Virus record (IMG/VR): IMGVR_UViG_3300015360_000003
Coordinates: 1 to 62,064 of that record
Reading direction: 5' to 3' (one strand)
DNA: 62,064 bases
Source of the DNA: a virus
Lineage: Duplodnaviria > Caudoviricetes
The position numbers were made by a program, and so were the translations under genes. Of this stretch, positions 26,753 through 37,000 are shown piece by piece (positions within the stretch are counted from its first letter, which is position 1; each line of letters opens with the position of its first letter). The notes under the pieces are model-generated. The model searched no databases. It was not told where the DNA came from and worked only from the letters and a program-made list of their open reading frames with translations.

Positions 26753-26956
26753 ATGATTGAATTTTTGGATATGAAGAAGCAGTGGGCGAAGGTTCGCGCA
26801 GGCTTTAGCGGTGGCAAGCTCTATAAGAGTATCCCTCCGCAGCCAGCTCGCCGTTTTGTCGATGGGCGTGACCCGCTGACGGAACAGGCACAGATGTTTC
26901 AGAAGCCGACGCTTCCTGTGTTCGGTGGAAAAACTTTTAGTCAGCGAAAGAAATAA
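26753..26956 (+). CDS. Small basic hypothetical protein
   Basis: AGGAGA SD before ATG 26753. Confidence 0.7.
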   Translation: MIEFLDMKKQWAKVRAGFSGGKLYKSIPPQPARRFVDGRDPLTEQAQMFQKPTLPVFGGKTFSQRKK

Positions 26957-26965
26957 GGAGATTTT

Positions 26966-27211
26966 ATGGGATGTGTTCAGCTACTTCCACTTTGTTCTAC
27001 GCCCAAAGTTGTTACCCGTGAAGGGTTGACTGGTGCGTATGCGTACATGAACTTGATCGGCATCGGTCTTTGGTTCGCGAATGGTCAGACCATGACGTTC
27101 CCGAATTCTACGGCTGTACAGGATAAGTCGCGTACGTATCTCGGCACGGTTAAACCGGATACGTTTAGCAAGGGTTTTTCGTGCAGTGTTCCTGCGGCTT
27201 GCCCAGCTTGA
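26966..27211 (+). CDS. Hypothetical protein
   Basis: TAAGGAG SD. Confidence 0.75.
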   Translation: MGCVQLLPLCSTPKVVTREGLTGAYAYMNLIGIGLWFANGQTMTFPNSTAVQDKSRTYLGTVKPDTFSKGFSCSVPAACPA

Positions 27212-27223
27212 GAGTAGTATAAA

Positions 27224-27451
27224 ATGTGCAACTGCGGTGCTCCGACATATAGACGGCCCCAAGCTGCACGAGTAGGAGGGGTAGCACTTAGACGTGGTAC
27301 TCCTCCTACTGTTTCCCCTTCGGTAGACTCCGCTGGAAGTCCACCTGTAGACCAAACAGCACGAACTGTTCGCCGTGGATACAAACCTACATCACCGGCA
27401 GTAAGGTCTACAGATGATCAAATACTCCCAAGCGAAAAAGATATTGGCTAA
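27224..27451 (+). CDS. Hypothetical protein (MCNCG start)
   Basis: Fills the gap in the operon; overlaps the next gene by 38 bp. Confidence 0.5.
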   Translation: MCNCGAPTYRRPQAARVGGVALRRGTPPTVSPSVDSAGSPPVDQTARTVRRGYKPTSPAVRSTDDQILPSEKDIG

Positions 27452-28409
27452 ATACCAAGGCGTCGGGGGCAAGTGTCCTGACGCTGAGGGGGTCGATCTT
27501 TTTGTACAGCAAGTGCTTCAGTATCTGCTCCTCCACGGCACCTACGGCAACGAGCGTAAATTTACTCTGTGTGCTCAAAATGGATACATCACGCTTCCGA
27601 AAGAACTCGAAACCCCTCTTAAAATCAAAATCGGCAAAGCGGTCGGCTCCGTTTGGAATCGTTGGTTTGAGTACCATTATGGCAATACTATTGATGATTG
27701 CTGTCTTGCTGAGAAATCTCTTTTAGAAGAACCAAACCTCTACCCCACTGTGTACGATATTCCTACGTGTGGGGGATATCCCGCGACGTTTGGAACCTGC
27801 GAGGAGCTTCCCGACTCTCACATTGTAGTGAAGGGTAAAGATCTAACTGGTCGCACGATCTACTCGATGCACCAAGGAGAAAAAATCACAGGTGTGTATC
27901 TGTCGGTTAGAAAGGGACTTATCGTTAAGTCCGATGTCAAGTTCGGCGTCATAACAGAAGTATCTAAAACCCGAACGAATGGATACGTAAACTTTTTATC
28001 TCTTGATGAAAACAATATAGATAGAAAGTTTTTGGCCGACTACGAGCCATACGAAGAAACCCCCTCCTACCGCCGTGCCAAGCTTCTTATTCATCCGTGC
28101 CCTGATATCTGCTTCATATCTATCCTTGGGCGCATCCGACTTAAAGATCACTACGCCGACGATGACGTGATCCCCTTCGATAATCTCTTATTGCTATCCG
28201 TAGCAGGGCAGACGATTAACAGTATGTACAATACGGATGTACAGGTAGCCATTGCGCGTGACGCCTACGTGAAGGGGCTAATTGAGACGGAAGCAAATTA
28301 TAAACGAGTCAACAATGGGCAGCCGATTGAAGTCTATAGACCGCTTAGTGGTGGAGCAGTTCTCAATGCAAGAGCAGTCGGAAGACGCCTACGTGGGCGT
28401 AGAGTGTGA
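27414..28409 (+). CDS. Putative head-tail adaptor/tail tubular protein A-like
   Basis: 331 aa; ITLP.EL..NRWFEY; position in tail module. Confidence 0.5.
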   Translation: MIKYSQAKKILAKYQGVGGKCPDAEGVDLFVQQVLQYLLLHGTYGNERKFTLCAQNGYITLPKELETPLKIKIGKAVGSVWNRWFEYHYGNTIDDCCLAEKSLLEEPNLYPTVYDIPTCGGYPATFGTCEELPDSHIVVKGKDLTGRTIYSMHQGEKITGVYLSVRKGLIVKSDVKFGVITEVSKTRTNGYVNFLSLDENNIDRKFLADYEPYEETPSYRRAKLLIHPCPDICFISILGRIRLKDHYADDDVIPFDNLLLLSVAGQTINSMYNTDVQVAIARDAYVKGLIETEANYKRVNNGQPIEVYRPLSGGAVLNARAVGRRLRGRRV

Positions 28410-28410
28410 G

Positions 28411-28848
28411 ATGTCCGAGTATAAAAAGAATGGACAGTTAAAAGAAGATTTGATGTTGTCTCCCGAAACAATTGACAGGATTTATAATATGCACGAAATC
28501 CTTCAGGCTATTGAGCCTGTAATAACAGTGGGGATACCGCAGATGACTACGCTACTATCCTCTGTCGTAACGGCTCAATCTACGATAGCGGTTGCTGCAG
28601 AGAGTATGGCCGCTACATCTCGTAAAGCTGAAAATAGATACGAGAAACTAGAGGGAAGACTACAGAGCGCAAACGATAGAGCAGCGGGGCGAGGGCAGAT
28701 TCCTCTGTTAAGTCACTACATCGTATTAGTAGGAACGGTATTAACCGCTTTGTTGATCGTACTTTACGTCAACAAGCAAACGATTGAAGCGTCTTTAACT
28801 AGTGTAAAGATTCAACAGCATGTAGATGATGCGAAAGGTACGAAGTGA
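28411..28848 (+). CDS. Membrane protein with coiled coil (holin-like candidate)
   Basis: Start MSEYKK after the preceding stop; one TM segment YIVLVGTVLTALLIVLYV. Confidence 0.55.
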   Translation: MSEYKKNGQLKEDLMLSPETIDRIYNMHEILQAIEPVITVGIPQMTTLLSSVVTAQSTIAVAAESMAATSRKAENRYEKLEGRLQSANDRAAGRGQIPLLSHYIVLVGTVLTALLIVLYVNKQTIEASLTSVKIQQHVDDAKGTK

Positions 28849-28891
28849 GTATGCTTAAAGAAAAGTTTAGTACTGACCTGGAGATCAACTA

Positions 28892-30676
28892 GTGGCCTCC
28901 GCTATTTATAAACCGCAAACCTACAAAGGTCCGGTCGTACTTGTGCCCTCTTCTGAGCCACTCGGAACAGTCACAGTTACTACGTCCGATGGTCGCACCA
29001 TAGTCGGTAAATATCTAAACACCAATGAGGGGAGACACCAGTACGTATTTCCCAAGGAAATCACGGCTCTTAAAGATTTAAAGATTTCCTACAATGGGAA
29101 AACTGGCGCTATTCCAGACGGAGCAAAAGCATTAGAAGGTAGCGGTCCTGCAGACTGGAAACCCAGACCAGGGGGTAAAGGAGACATAGGAGATGCCGGC
29201 TCTACGGGCTTCGGCGACCTGGGCGGGGCGTCCCTCGTAGCAGGCTTCGGCGTTGCGCCGCAGTTTATCGGCGATCAGTTTCCAAAAGCGGCGCAGTCTA
29301 AGTACACCCCAATCGCCGGGGCCGCTAAAGATTACCAGTTCATAGACCCAATTAAATTCGGCAAGGAGTTTAACCCATATCAACGAGAGCAGATTGGGAC
29401 AAACTTTAAGCAAGCGGAAGGTTTTGCGCTTGACCAGCTTAATACAGAGTTAACAGGGCTTACTAATTTTGTACCCAAGTCAGCGGCACTGCGGCGAGAT
29501 CAGACCGCTCTCGACAACGTGTTCAACACTCAGCAGGCGACCGAAGATAATAACTTCAACAGATCTCAGGTAGCCTTAAACAATCCATTTAATCAGGCGC
29601 AGCGTACAGCCCAACTACAGACCGTAGTTCCCGACGTTTTAAGAGATCAAGACCAGCAAGCAGCAGACGCCCGTGCGTATGCAAGCGGCGAAGTTCCTAA
29701 TAGTGTAATCAATAACGCTCTAAGTATTGGCACAAGCTCCTCAGCTGCAGATATTGCGACGACCTCTGGTTTTGGTGCAGGAAGTTCCGCAGGACAGAAG
29801 CTCTCCAACTTAATGAACGCAAAAGAGCGTATTCAGCTTTCTCAATACGGTAATACCCTGCTCTCTCAAAGCCAGCAGGACCGCGTAAACTTACGCCTTG
29901 CCCCTACAGAATATAACCAAGCGCAGCGTGCTAACTCGCAGCAGTCAACCGTCGGCGGACAGATTCAGGTTAATCCGACCCTCTCTGCTAGCCAGCTGCA
30001 GGCTGGGAACTTTAGCGAGCTTAATAGCCAGATAAACTTGTCTGCAAATAGTGTTTATCAAAACGCTATTCAACAGTCACAATTTTTCAGTGGACTGCAG
30101 CAACAGACGGCGGAATTTAATGCGTCTAATACATTGCAAAACGATCAGTTCAACACGACAAACCTTAATAATTTTGCACTTTCATACTTTAATTATTTGA
30201 GTAGTTATGTGAACAGTGTGGCCGGTGCTGCAACAACGGGAGTCAATACGCAGATCGCAATTGAGGATCGAAATACCGCCACAGATATAGCGGCAGATAA
30301 TAAAGAAAATACCCAAGAGAATAACAACGATGGAGCGGTTGGACAGATTACAGGATTCGCAGGCGGGCTTGTTACTGGAGGGATAGTCGTGTCGGATTCT
30401 CGTCTCAAAGAAAACGTCAGTGAGTACACAACAGGACTAGACGACATAAACAAACTCGACACGGTTAACTACACTTATATACGTAAGACAGTAGCGGACG
30501 ACGGCGGTAGACATCATATCGGCGTAATGGCACAGGAGCTTATGAAGGTGTTTCCACACTCAGTCGGTAAACATGAATCGGGTTATTATCAGATCGACCC
30601 AAGCGAACTTATCTATGCACTTTTAAGCGCAGTAAAAACGCTTGATGCAAAAGTTAAACTATTAGAAGCGCGGTAA
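28892..30676 (+). CDS. Virion protein with C-terminal peptidase S74 intramolecular chaperone
   Basis: SDSRLKENV..GLDDINKL..IGVMAQEL..VFP..AVKTL; Q/N/S-rich body. Confidence 0.82.
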   Translation: MASAIYKPQTYKGPVVLVPSSEPLGTVTVTTSDGRTIVGKYLNTNEGRHQYVFPKEITALKDLKISYNGKTGAIPDGAKALEGSGPADWKPRPGGKGDIGDAGSTGFGDLGGASLVAGFGVAPQFIGDQFPKAAQSKYTPIAGAAKDYQFIDPIKFGKEFNPYQREQIGTNFKQAEGFALDQLNTELTGLTNFVPKSAALRRDQTALDNVFNTQQATEDNNFNRSQVALNNPFNQAQRTAQLQTVVPDVLRDQDQQAADARAYASGEVPNSVINNALSIGTSSSAADIATTSGFGAGSSAGQKLSNLMNAKERIQLSQYGNTLLSQSQQDRVNLRLAPTEYNQAQRANSQQSTVGGQIQVNPTLSASQLQAGNFSELNSQINLSANSVYQNAIQQSQFFSGLQQQTAEFNASNTLQNDQFNTTNLNNFALSYFNYLSSYVNSVAGAATTGVNTQIAIEDRNTATDIAADNKENTQENNNDGAVGQITGFAGGLVTGGIVVSDSRLKENVSEYTTGLDDINKLDTVNYTYIRKTVADDGGRHHIGVMAQELMKVFPHSVGKHESGYYQIDPSELIYALLSAVKTLDAKVKLLEAR

Positions 30677-30677
30677 G

Positions 30678-32315
30678 ATGGAAACAGCAAAAGACTTTGG
30701 ATTCAATGAGGGGTACACAGTCGATAACGGAGCAGAGATTCCATTTGGACACACTATCGTTGACTCTGGCACAGAGAAATCTCTTATCGTTCCGACGCAA
30801 TTACTCGACGAAGATCATGCCGAGTATGCTAATTCGTTAAGTGGCCGCAATCTTATCCCGCTTGATAGGTTTGGAAAAGCATACGGCACATCAAAAGCCG
30901 TGATGAATTCTGTTGGTATCTCAAAGTACCCCAACACTGGAACAGTTAAGACCGGAGTGGACTTTAAAGGTAATCCTATTTACTCAAATCCACAGCTTGC
31001 AAACAGTACAGATACTGGAACAGGTAAAAAGTTTACGGATGTGACAGGTATCGCACTTGGGGCGATGGGCGCATTTAGAGATCAAGACGAAGCTCGCTCA
31101 TATATGGCTGTTGGAGAAAGGGCCAATAACCCTGATTTTCATAATGAGCTGGATAGCTATAAGACTAATAAAGACCCGCATGGGTTTATTAAAGCCATCG
31201 GGAGCGCTAGCCCGGAGATTACAGACTACACAGGGTATAAGCTTTACGAAAACTGGAATAGCCTAAGCCCTGCTCAGAAATCTATCGGCATCGCAAACAC
31301 GGGTGCCCAAGGATATAAGTTCTCTGATGGTAGTACGTTTGATACTAAGCGCCTTACTCCAGATATTCCTGGTGTGCCTTCGTTAATGGCTGCACAGGGG
31401 TTAGACCTCGCCGGAAAAGGGGTAAATGTTTCTCCCGCAACTCGCCATTGGAACCAAATAGCGACAATTCAAGATACCTTTTACACGCCTAAAAATGCGT
31501 CTGATGTTGTAACAAACGCAAATATACTAGGTCTGCTTGGACATGGCCCAGAGGGACAGGCCGTTCCTTTGACTGCAGATACCCTGTCACAGAGTAATGC
31601 CCAGCTTGCCCCGCAGTACGGAGTGGGGGCGGTTACAATCCCCCAAGGCACGGGAGTACCGCAGGGGTATACAACGGTTAAGGATCTCAAGGGTGTAACT
31701 GTTGTCATTCCTACCGCCAACCGATCTACGTCGGTAATCGATACCCCCGACGTGGCAACAAAGTCAGCTGCCGACATCTATACGAAATGGGACGCAGGAG
31801 ACAAGCCTGCTAAGCAAGACCAGGGAGTTATTGGAGGGTCGGCACTTGTCGGCGGTCTGCATCAGATGTCGAATACCAATCCATATAGCCTCGGCGCGGT
31901 CATGACACAGACTTCATTCGAGCATCTTGGAAAGCCTGCTCCGAGAGACGACCTACAGAGTACGACCGAGATGATCGGCATTACTCTTTCTCGTCTTTTA
32001 AAAGGGCAGGCTAATGCCGATGTAGACAAGAGCGGCTTAGTACACGGGCGTCCCGGCGCGTTAACAGAAGAGGCGTATAATAAAAGCATAAAAGAAATGC
32101 GCGGTGAGTTCTCTCGACAGGGGATCTCTAGTAAAGAGATAGGATACCAACTGGCAAACCAGGGATTTTCAGAGCGGCGATTTAATGCTTCGCAAGTAAC
32201 GACACTACATAAAAATCTAGATATGGTTTTTGACGACAATAGTTATGTACTCGCTCAGAAGCTAAACACCGGGAAAAATAAAGGTATGGAAATCTTGGAG
32301 CGTCGTAATGGCTGA
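30678..32315 (+). CDS. Putative internal virion (ejection) protein
   Basis: 545 aa, G/T/A-rich; position. Confidence 0.6.
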   Translation: METAKDFGFNEGYTVDNGAEIPFGHTIVDSGTEKSLIVPTQLLDEDHAEYANSLSGRNLIPLDRFGKAYGTSKAVMNSVGISKYPNTGTVKTGVDFKGNPIYSNPQLANSTDTGTGKKFTDVTGIALGAMGAFRDQDEARSYMAVGERANNPDFHNELDSYKTNKDPHGFIKAIGSASPEITDYTGYKLYENWNSLSPAQKSIGIANTGAQGYKFSDGSTFDTKRLTPDIPGVPSLMAAQGLDLAGKGVNVSPATRHWNQIATIQDTFYTPKNASDVVTNANILGLLGHGPEGQAVPLTADTLSQSNAQLAPQYGVGAVTIPQGTGVPQGYTTVKDLKGVTVVIPTANRSTSVIDTPDVATKSAADIYTKWDAGDKPAKQDQGVIGGSALVGGLHQMSNTNPYSLGAVMTQTSFEHLGKPAPRDDLQSTTEMIGITLSRLLKGQANADVDKSGLVHGRPGALTEEAYNKSIKEMRGEFSRQGISSKEIGYQLANQGFSERRFNASQVTTLHKNLDMVFDDNSYVLAQKLNTGKNKGMEILERRNG

Positions 32316-34005
32316 GCGATATGAGTCCTTCCAAGGACGCGAGCCTAATATAGATGTTAACCTGTTTACAAACGCAGCATCGGCAGGCATTAACCAAGGC
32401 AACGCACAAAAGACGAGTCTACAGGCAAAGGTATCGGGCTTTATCGGCGGGGTAAAGGATGGCCTTTCAATTGTCTCAGGCGCACAGACTATCGCGTCTA
32501 ACGCTGAGACAATTAAACAGCAGCGGACACAGAACGAGATCAACAGCGAGCCTGCGGTCGTGCAGGCGCGTAAAGATCAGATAGTAAGCGACGCGGCGAT
32601 AGCCCAGGCAAAGGCCAAAGAGTACGAGGACGGAACAGCCGCGCTAACTCGTAAAGCAGAGGATACGTTTAAACTTGCAAAAGCCGTACAGGGCTACGAG
32701 GACATCACTAATATAACCGCTGTTAACAAAGCTTTAGATGATCCAGCAACCCCGCCTGAAAAGATAAAAGAGATCTTATCACAGTCGTATGGAACATTGT
32801 CACGGGATAATGCTTTTGCACAACAAGCACTGGCGCGTAGCCAAGGACGAGTAGACCCTGTTTTTTTAGATACCTACACTAAAGGAGTAGACGCAGTTGA
32901 AATCGACAAGAAAAGAGGTCAACTTGCCCAAGCTAATGAAAAGTCTATACAGCAGCAGGCCCTTAAGCAGCAGGAACAAATTGCAGAAGCAACTGCGACA
33001 CTGCAGCTATCTCCCAGAGTTAAAGATGTCATGGAAAACGGTCTAAATGGACAAGCATACGATCCTGCAAAATTAGATGTCGTAAGAGCTGGGAATGTAG
33101 ACGTTGATCCTAAAACTAAACTTCCTAAATTTGACGCCGCAGGAAAACCAATTATTTCAGCGTCTACTAATCCCGACGATAAACGGTACTATGCAACGTA
33201 TGATGGAGAGGTAATAGATACGTTCGACGAGGACAATGGAAAAGAAATGTCGAAGAGTCACACTAAAAGCAAGCTTGGTACAGCTGCAATTCTTGGGAGA
33301 ACAAAACTCACTCCAGAAGAAGTGAAGAAACAGGTAAGTGTACTTGAAACAGATAGGGCAGGACTTGCTGCTAATAGTAGCAGTATTGATCGACGAATCG
33401 CAGCCGCGTATCCCACAGACATGTCGAAAACGCCTACGATTTCTCCTTCTGTTTTAGAAGGTAAAAGCCCGGCACAGCAAGAATCGCTGGTTGCTAGGTT
33501 TAATCAACAAATACAAAAGCTGCAGAGTGCCCCTAAAGAATTTAGAGCAATAGTGGCAAGAGTAAACAGTAATCCTTTATTAGCAGGACAGTCGCCTATA
33601 ATTAAAGCTGTAGCCTCTGTAGAGAGTGGAGGTAATCCACTTGCTGTATCTCCTACAAACGTACAGGGTGTAATGCAGGTTACATCTGACACCTTTGATT
33701 ACGTTAAAAGAAAGTACCCTACTGTAATGGGAAAGGCGGACAAGTATTCTCCAGAAGGCTCTCTACTAGCTGGAAAGCTGTACATGATAGATATGCTAAA
33801 CCTTACAGGAGATATGGAACTATCACTTGCTGCGTACAATGCGGGGCCAGCGCCTATTATGGCCGCTAAAAGAGACGCAGGAAGAAATGCTACCTGGGCT
33901 ACTATAAAGCCTTTTGTAGCAAAGTACGTATCAGCGGCTAAGTACAAAGAGGTAGAGAGCTATCCTGAGCGAGTTTTAAAATTCTATAGTTTCTACAATG
34001 GCTGA
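32308..34005 (+). CDS. Internal virion protein with C-terminal lytic transglycosylase domain
   Basis: VESGGNPLAVS, GVMQV, AAYNAGP motifs. Confidence 0.85.
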   Translation: MAERYESFQGREPNIDVNLFTNAASAGINQGNAQKTSLQAKVSGFIGGVKDGLSIVSGAQTIASNAETIKQQRTQNEINSEPAVVQARKDQIVSDAAIAQAKAKEYEDGTAALTRKAEDTFKLAKAVQGYEDITNITAVNKALDDPATPPEKIKEILSQSYGTLSRDNAFAQQALARSQGRVDPVFLDTYTKGVDAVEIDKKRGQLAQANEKSIQQQALKQQEQIAEATATLQLSPRVKDVMENGLNGQAYDPAKLDVVRAGNVDVDPKTKLPKFDAAGKPIISASTNPDDKRYYATYDGEVIDTFDEDNGKEMSKSHTKSKLGTAAILGRTKLTPEEVKKQVSVLETDRAGLAANSSSIDRRIAAAYPTDMSKTPTISPSVLEGKSPAQQESLVARFNQQIQKLQSAPKEFRAIVARVNSNPLLAGQSPIIKAVASVESGGNPLAVSPTNVQGVMQVTSDTFDYVKRKYPTVMGKADKYSPEGSLLAGKLYMIDMLNLTGDMELSLAAYNAGPAPIMAAKRDAGRNATWATIKPFVAKYVSAAKYKEVESYPERVLKFYSFYNG

Positions 34006-37000
34006 TGATCAAGAAGACCTGTATACCGGAGAAGCTAGTCTAGCAGATCAGTATACCGCAAACACTGGGGAAGCTAGTTTAGCAGATCAGTATACCTCGA
34101 ATACCGGAGAAGCTAGTTTAGCAGATCAGTATACCTCGAATACCGGAGAAGCTAGTTTAGCAGATCAGTATACCTCGAATACCGGAGAAGCTTTTGTATC
34201 CTCCGCGCCCGACCCTGTAGATGAGATTAAGGAGTCTGCCGAGTCTTTCATAGGAGAGGCAGAGGCCGTCCTGGCCGTCAGCAATAACGCTGATGACGGT
34301 ATCTTTGATTTAGTAGACGCCTACAAATCTCGTACTTGGGACAATCCAGGGAAAGCTCTCCAGATCGTAGAGACGTACGCAAATAAACTACGTGAAAAAA
34401 ATCCAGGGGAACAGAATTTATTAACCGCAGAGGAAACTTTAAACATTGCTCCTGTAAAAACGGGAGACGTTGACGGTTATATCCAAAGCTGGGAAGCGCA
34501 GAACCTCGCTAAGATAAAAAATAGTAACGACCCCTTAGTTCGCGCATACAACGATACCTTAGCGGGGGCAATTGAGCAGGTAGCAACAGGTGCTATCCAA
34601 GCCAATAATAACGAAGAGGTATCTGTCTTTAGCGATAAGATGGCCCGAATTACGTTGGGCGCTTTGCCAGGATTGGCAAAGCTCACAGGGACGGAGAAGT
34701 ATCTAGAACGCTCTCTTAGAGCGGATAGTAACGACACTCTGGCTTCGGCAGTAAGTTCAGGCGTCGGATCTATACTCAGTCTTCCTTTGGCGGTGTTGAA
34801 TCTTCCTTTAAACGCCGAAGAGTTTGGACGAGAGCAGTACAACAAATCACGCGCTGCAGGAGCAGACGTAGGCACCGCTCTTTTTTCAGGAGGAATAGAA
34901 GGGGTAAACCAAGCCGCAGACGTACTGCTTGATAAAGTATTACTCGGTACCAAAGCACGGAAATCAGCAGGCTTTGTAGCAACAGGATTGAAAAAAGCCT
35001 TGGGGGAGGGAACACAAGAATTCGCCCAGGATAAAGTATCAGACGCCGCCTCTGTAGTAGGGCTAAGTAAGAATGAGTTAGACGCAGTGTTTACGGATAG
35101 CGCTGCGATGTCCTTTGCCGCTGGCGCGATAGTGGGCGGAGGAGCACAGGTTGTAATGCCTAATGCAGCCCGCCCATCTCCATCTACACCGGACACGGGT
35201 TTGTCTGAGATGTTTAGTGGGATCGAACAGGATCAGGATCTAGTGATCCCTTTCCCAGAAACCGCTCCGATGAGGTCTGTCGCTGTCGTCGGGGAGCCTG
35301 CCTATGGAGGAACTAATTTTACACTTGTAGAGGACGCGTCTACAGGAGACGTAGACGTTAAAGAGTCGGCTGCCCCTATAGCGGAATCGGACGCGGACGA
35401 AGTATTTATTCTAGCTCCTGACGGGACTATCACCCGTGTTGTGCAGGGAGAACAAAAGCAGGCTCATACAGGGGCGGTATTTGTGTCTCCTGAAAATGCT
35501 CAAAAGATTGCCGCCCTACAGGCGAGTGAACCAGGTGGAGAGCCTGTCATCATAAAACAAGATGACCTTGGGCGACCGTATGTCGAACATCCAAACGTGG
35601 GCAATGACCTAGAGGTACACGACGATATTGTAGATAATGATCCTGTACTGATCCCCGAAGAAACAGCTGGACATGTTCTTCAGTTTTCAGAGAGACAGAA
35701 CGAGTTAGATAGTGTCGAGCATAGCGCTACTGTTAGTAACGGCACCGCTAATACTGTATCTACAGTAGGCGCTCAAAAAGTTGCCGAGTCGTCTATTGCC
35801 GATAAACTCCGGGCCTCTAACAACCTTAACCCTGTTGTCCGCGATCTTTTAGGATTAAACGACGATTTTGCGACTAATCTTACGTATCTTCCAAACTCAA
35901 ACGTGGGAACCCGTGGGCAAGTAGACGAGACGTTTGCTCAGTTCGATAATAACTACGTTCTTTTTGCCAATGATCTTTTGGCAAAAGATTACGATGATCT
36001 TACTTCAATAGAAGGAGTCGCGGCGGCAATCGCGGGTACCGCCCTGTCTGCAAAAGGAAATAGTGTTAGAGCCACTGATCCTGTCGCGGCGGCGAAGTAT
36101 GATACGCTCGCGGTTAACCTCTGGATCGCCTCTCAAAAAGTAGGAACCCCCGCAGGTCAAGAACTCCAGCAACGTACCCAGATTCCTATGACTGGGGAAA
36201 ATATAATTGTATCGGTTAAGTCCGATGTCTCCGCTATGGCTACAGCGAAAGTAGCCCAACAGACCGGACGCTCAATTCAGAGTATCGAAGGCATTATCGA
36301 GGAGAATACGCAGCTTGATAACCTGTCCACAGGTTTAAACGAAAGAGAAACGATAATCACTGAGACAGCTAGGGTAGCTGAAGAGCGTCACGACGCGCCT
36401 GATAAACAGGTAGCCGACATAGAAAAAGAGATTCAAACTCTCGAAAACGATGCTTCTCCAGAAGTTACTGCCGCTCAAAAAGATCTAAACACGGTCGAAC
36501 AACGTGTTGCCGAAGTCGAGAGATCCGCTGCAGCCCTTGAAAAAGAAGCGGACGACATAGACATAGACACAGCACAAGAGGGAGTAAGCGATAACGTACA
36601 AACCCTGTCTAAAAAAGTCGAAGAACTACAGGCTAAGCCTATAGACGTAGATAGGTCAAAGCTCGATGCCCTAAAGGCTAAAAGAGTAAAATCGGAAGAC
36701 CAGAGCAGTGACCCGGATACCCAGGCAGCCGCCATAGAAAAAGAGATTCAAACTCTCGAAAACGATGCTTCTCCAGAAGTTACTGCCGCTCAAGAAGATC
36801 TGAACACTGTTGAAAACCGTGTTGTCGAAGTCGAGAGATCCGCTGCCGCCCTTGAGAAAGAAGCGGACGACATAGATACAGTGCAAGAGGAAGTAAGCGA
36901 TAACGTAAAAACCCTGTCTAAAAAAGTCGAAGACCTGCAGGCTAAACCTATAGAAGTAGATAGCTCAAAGCTCGATGCACTAAAGGTCAGAAGGACAAGA

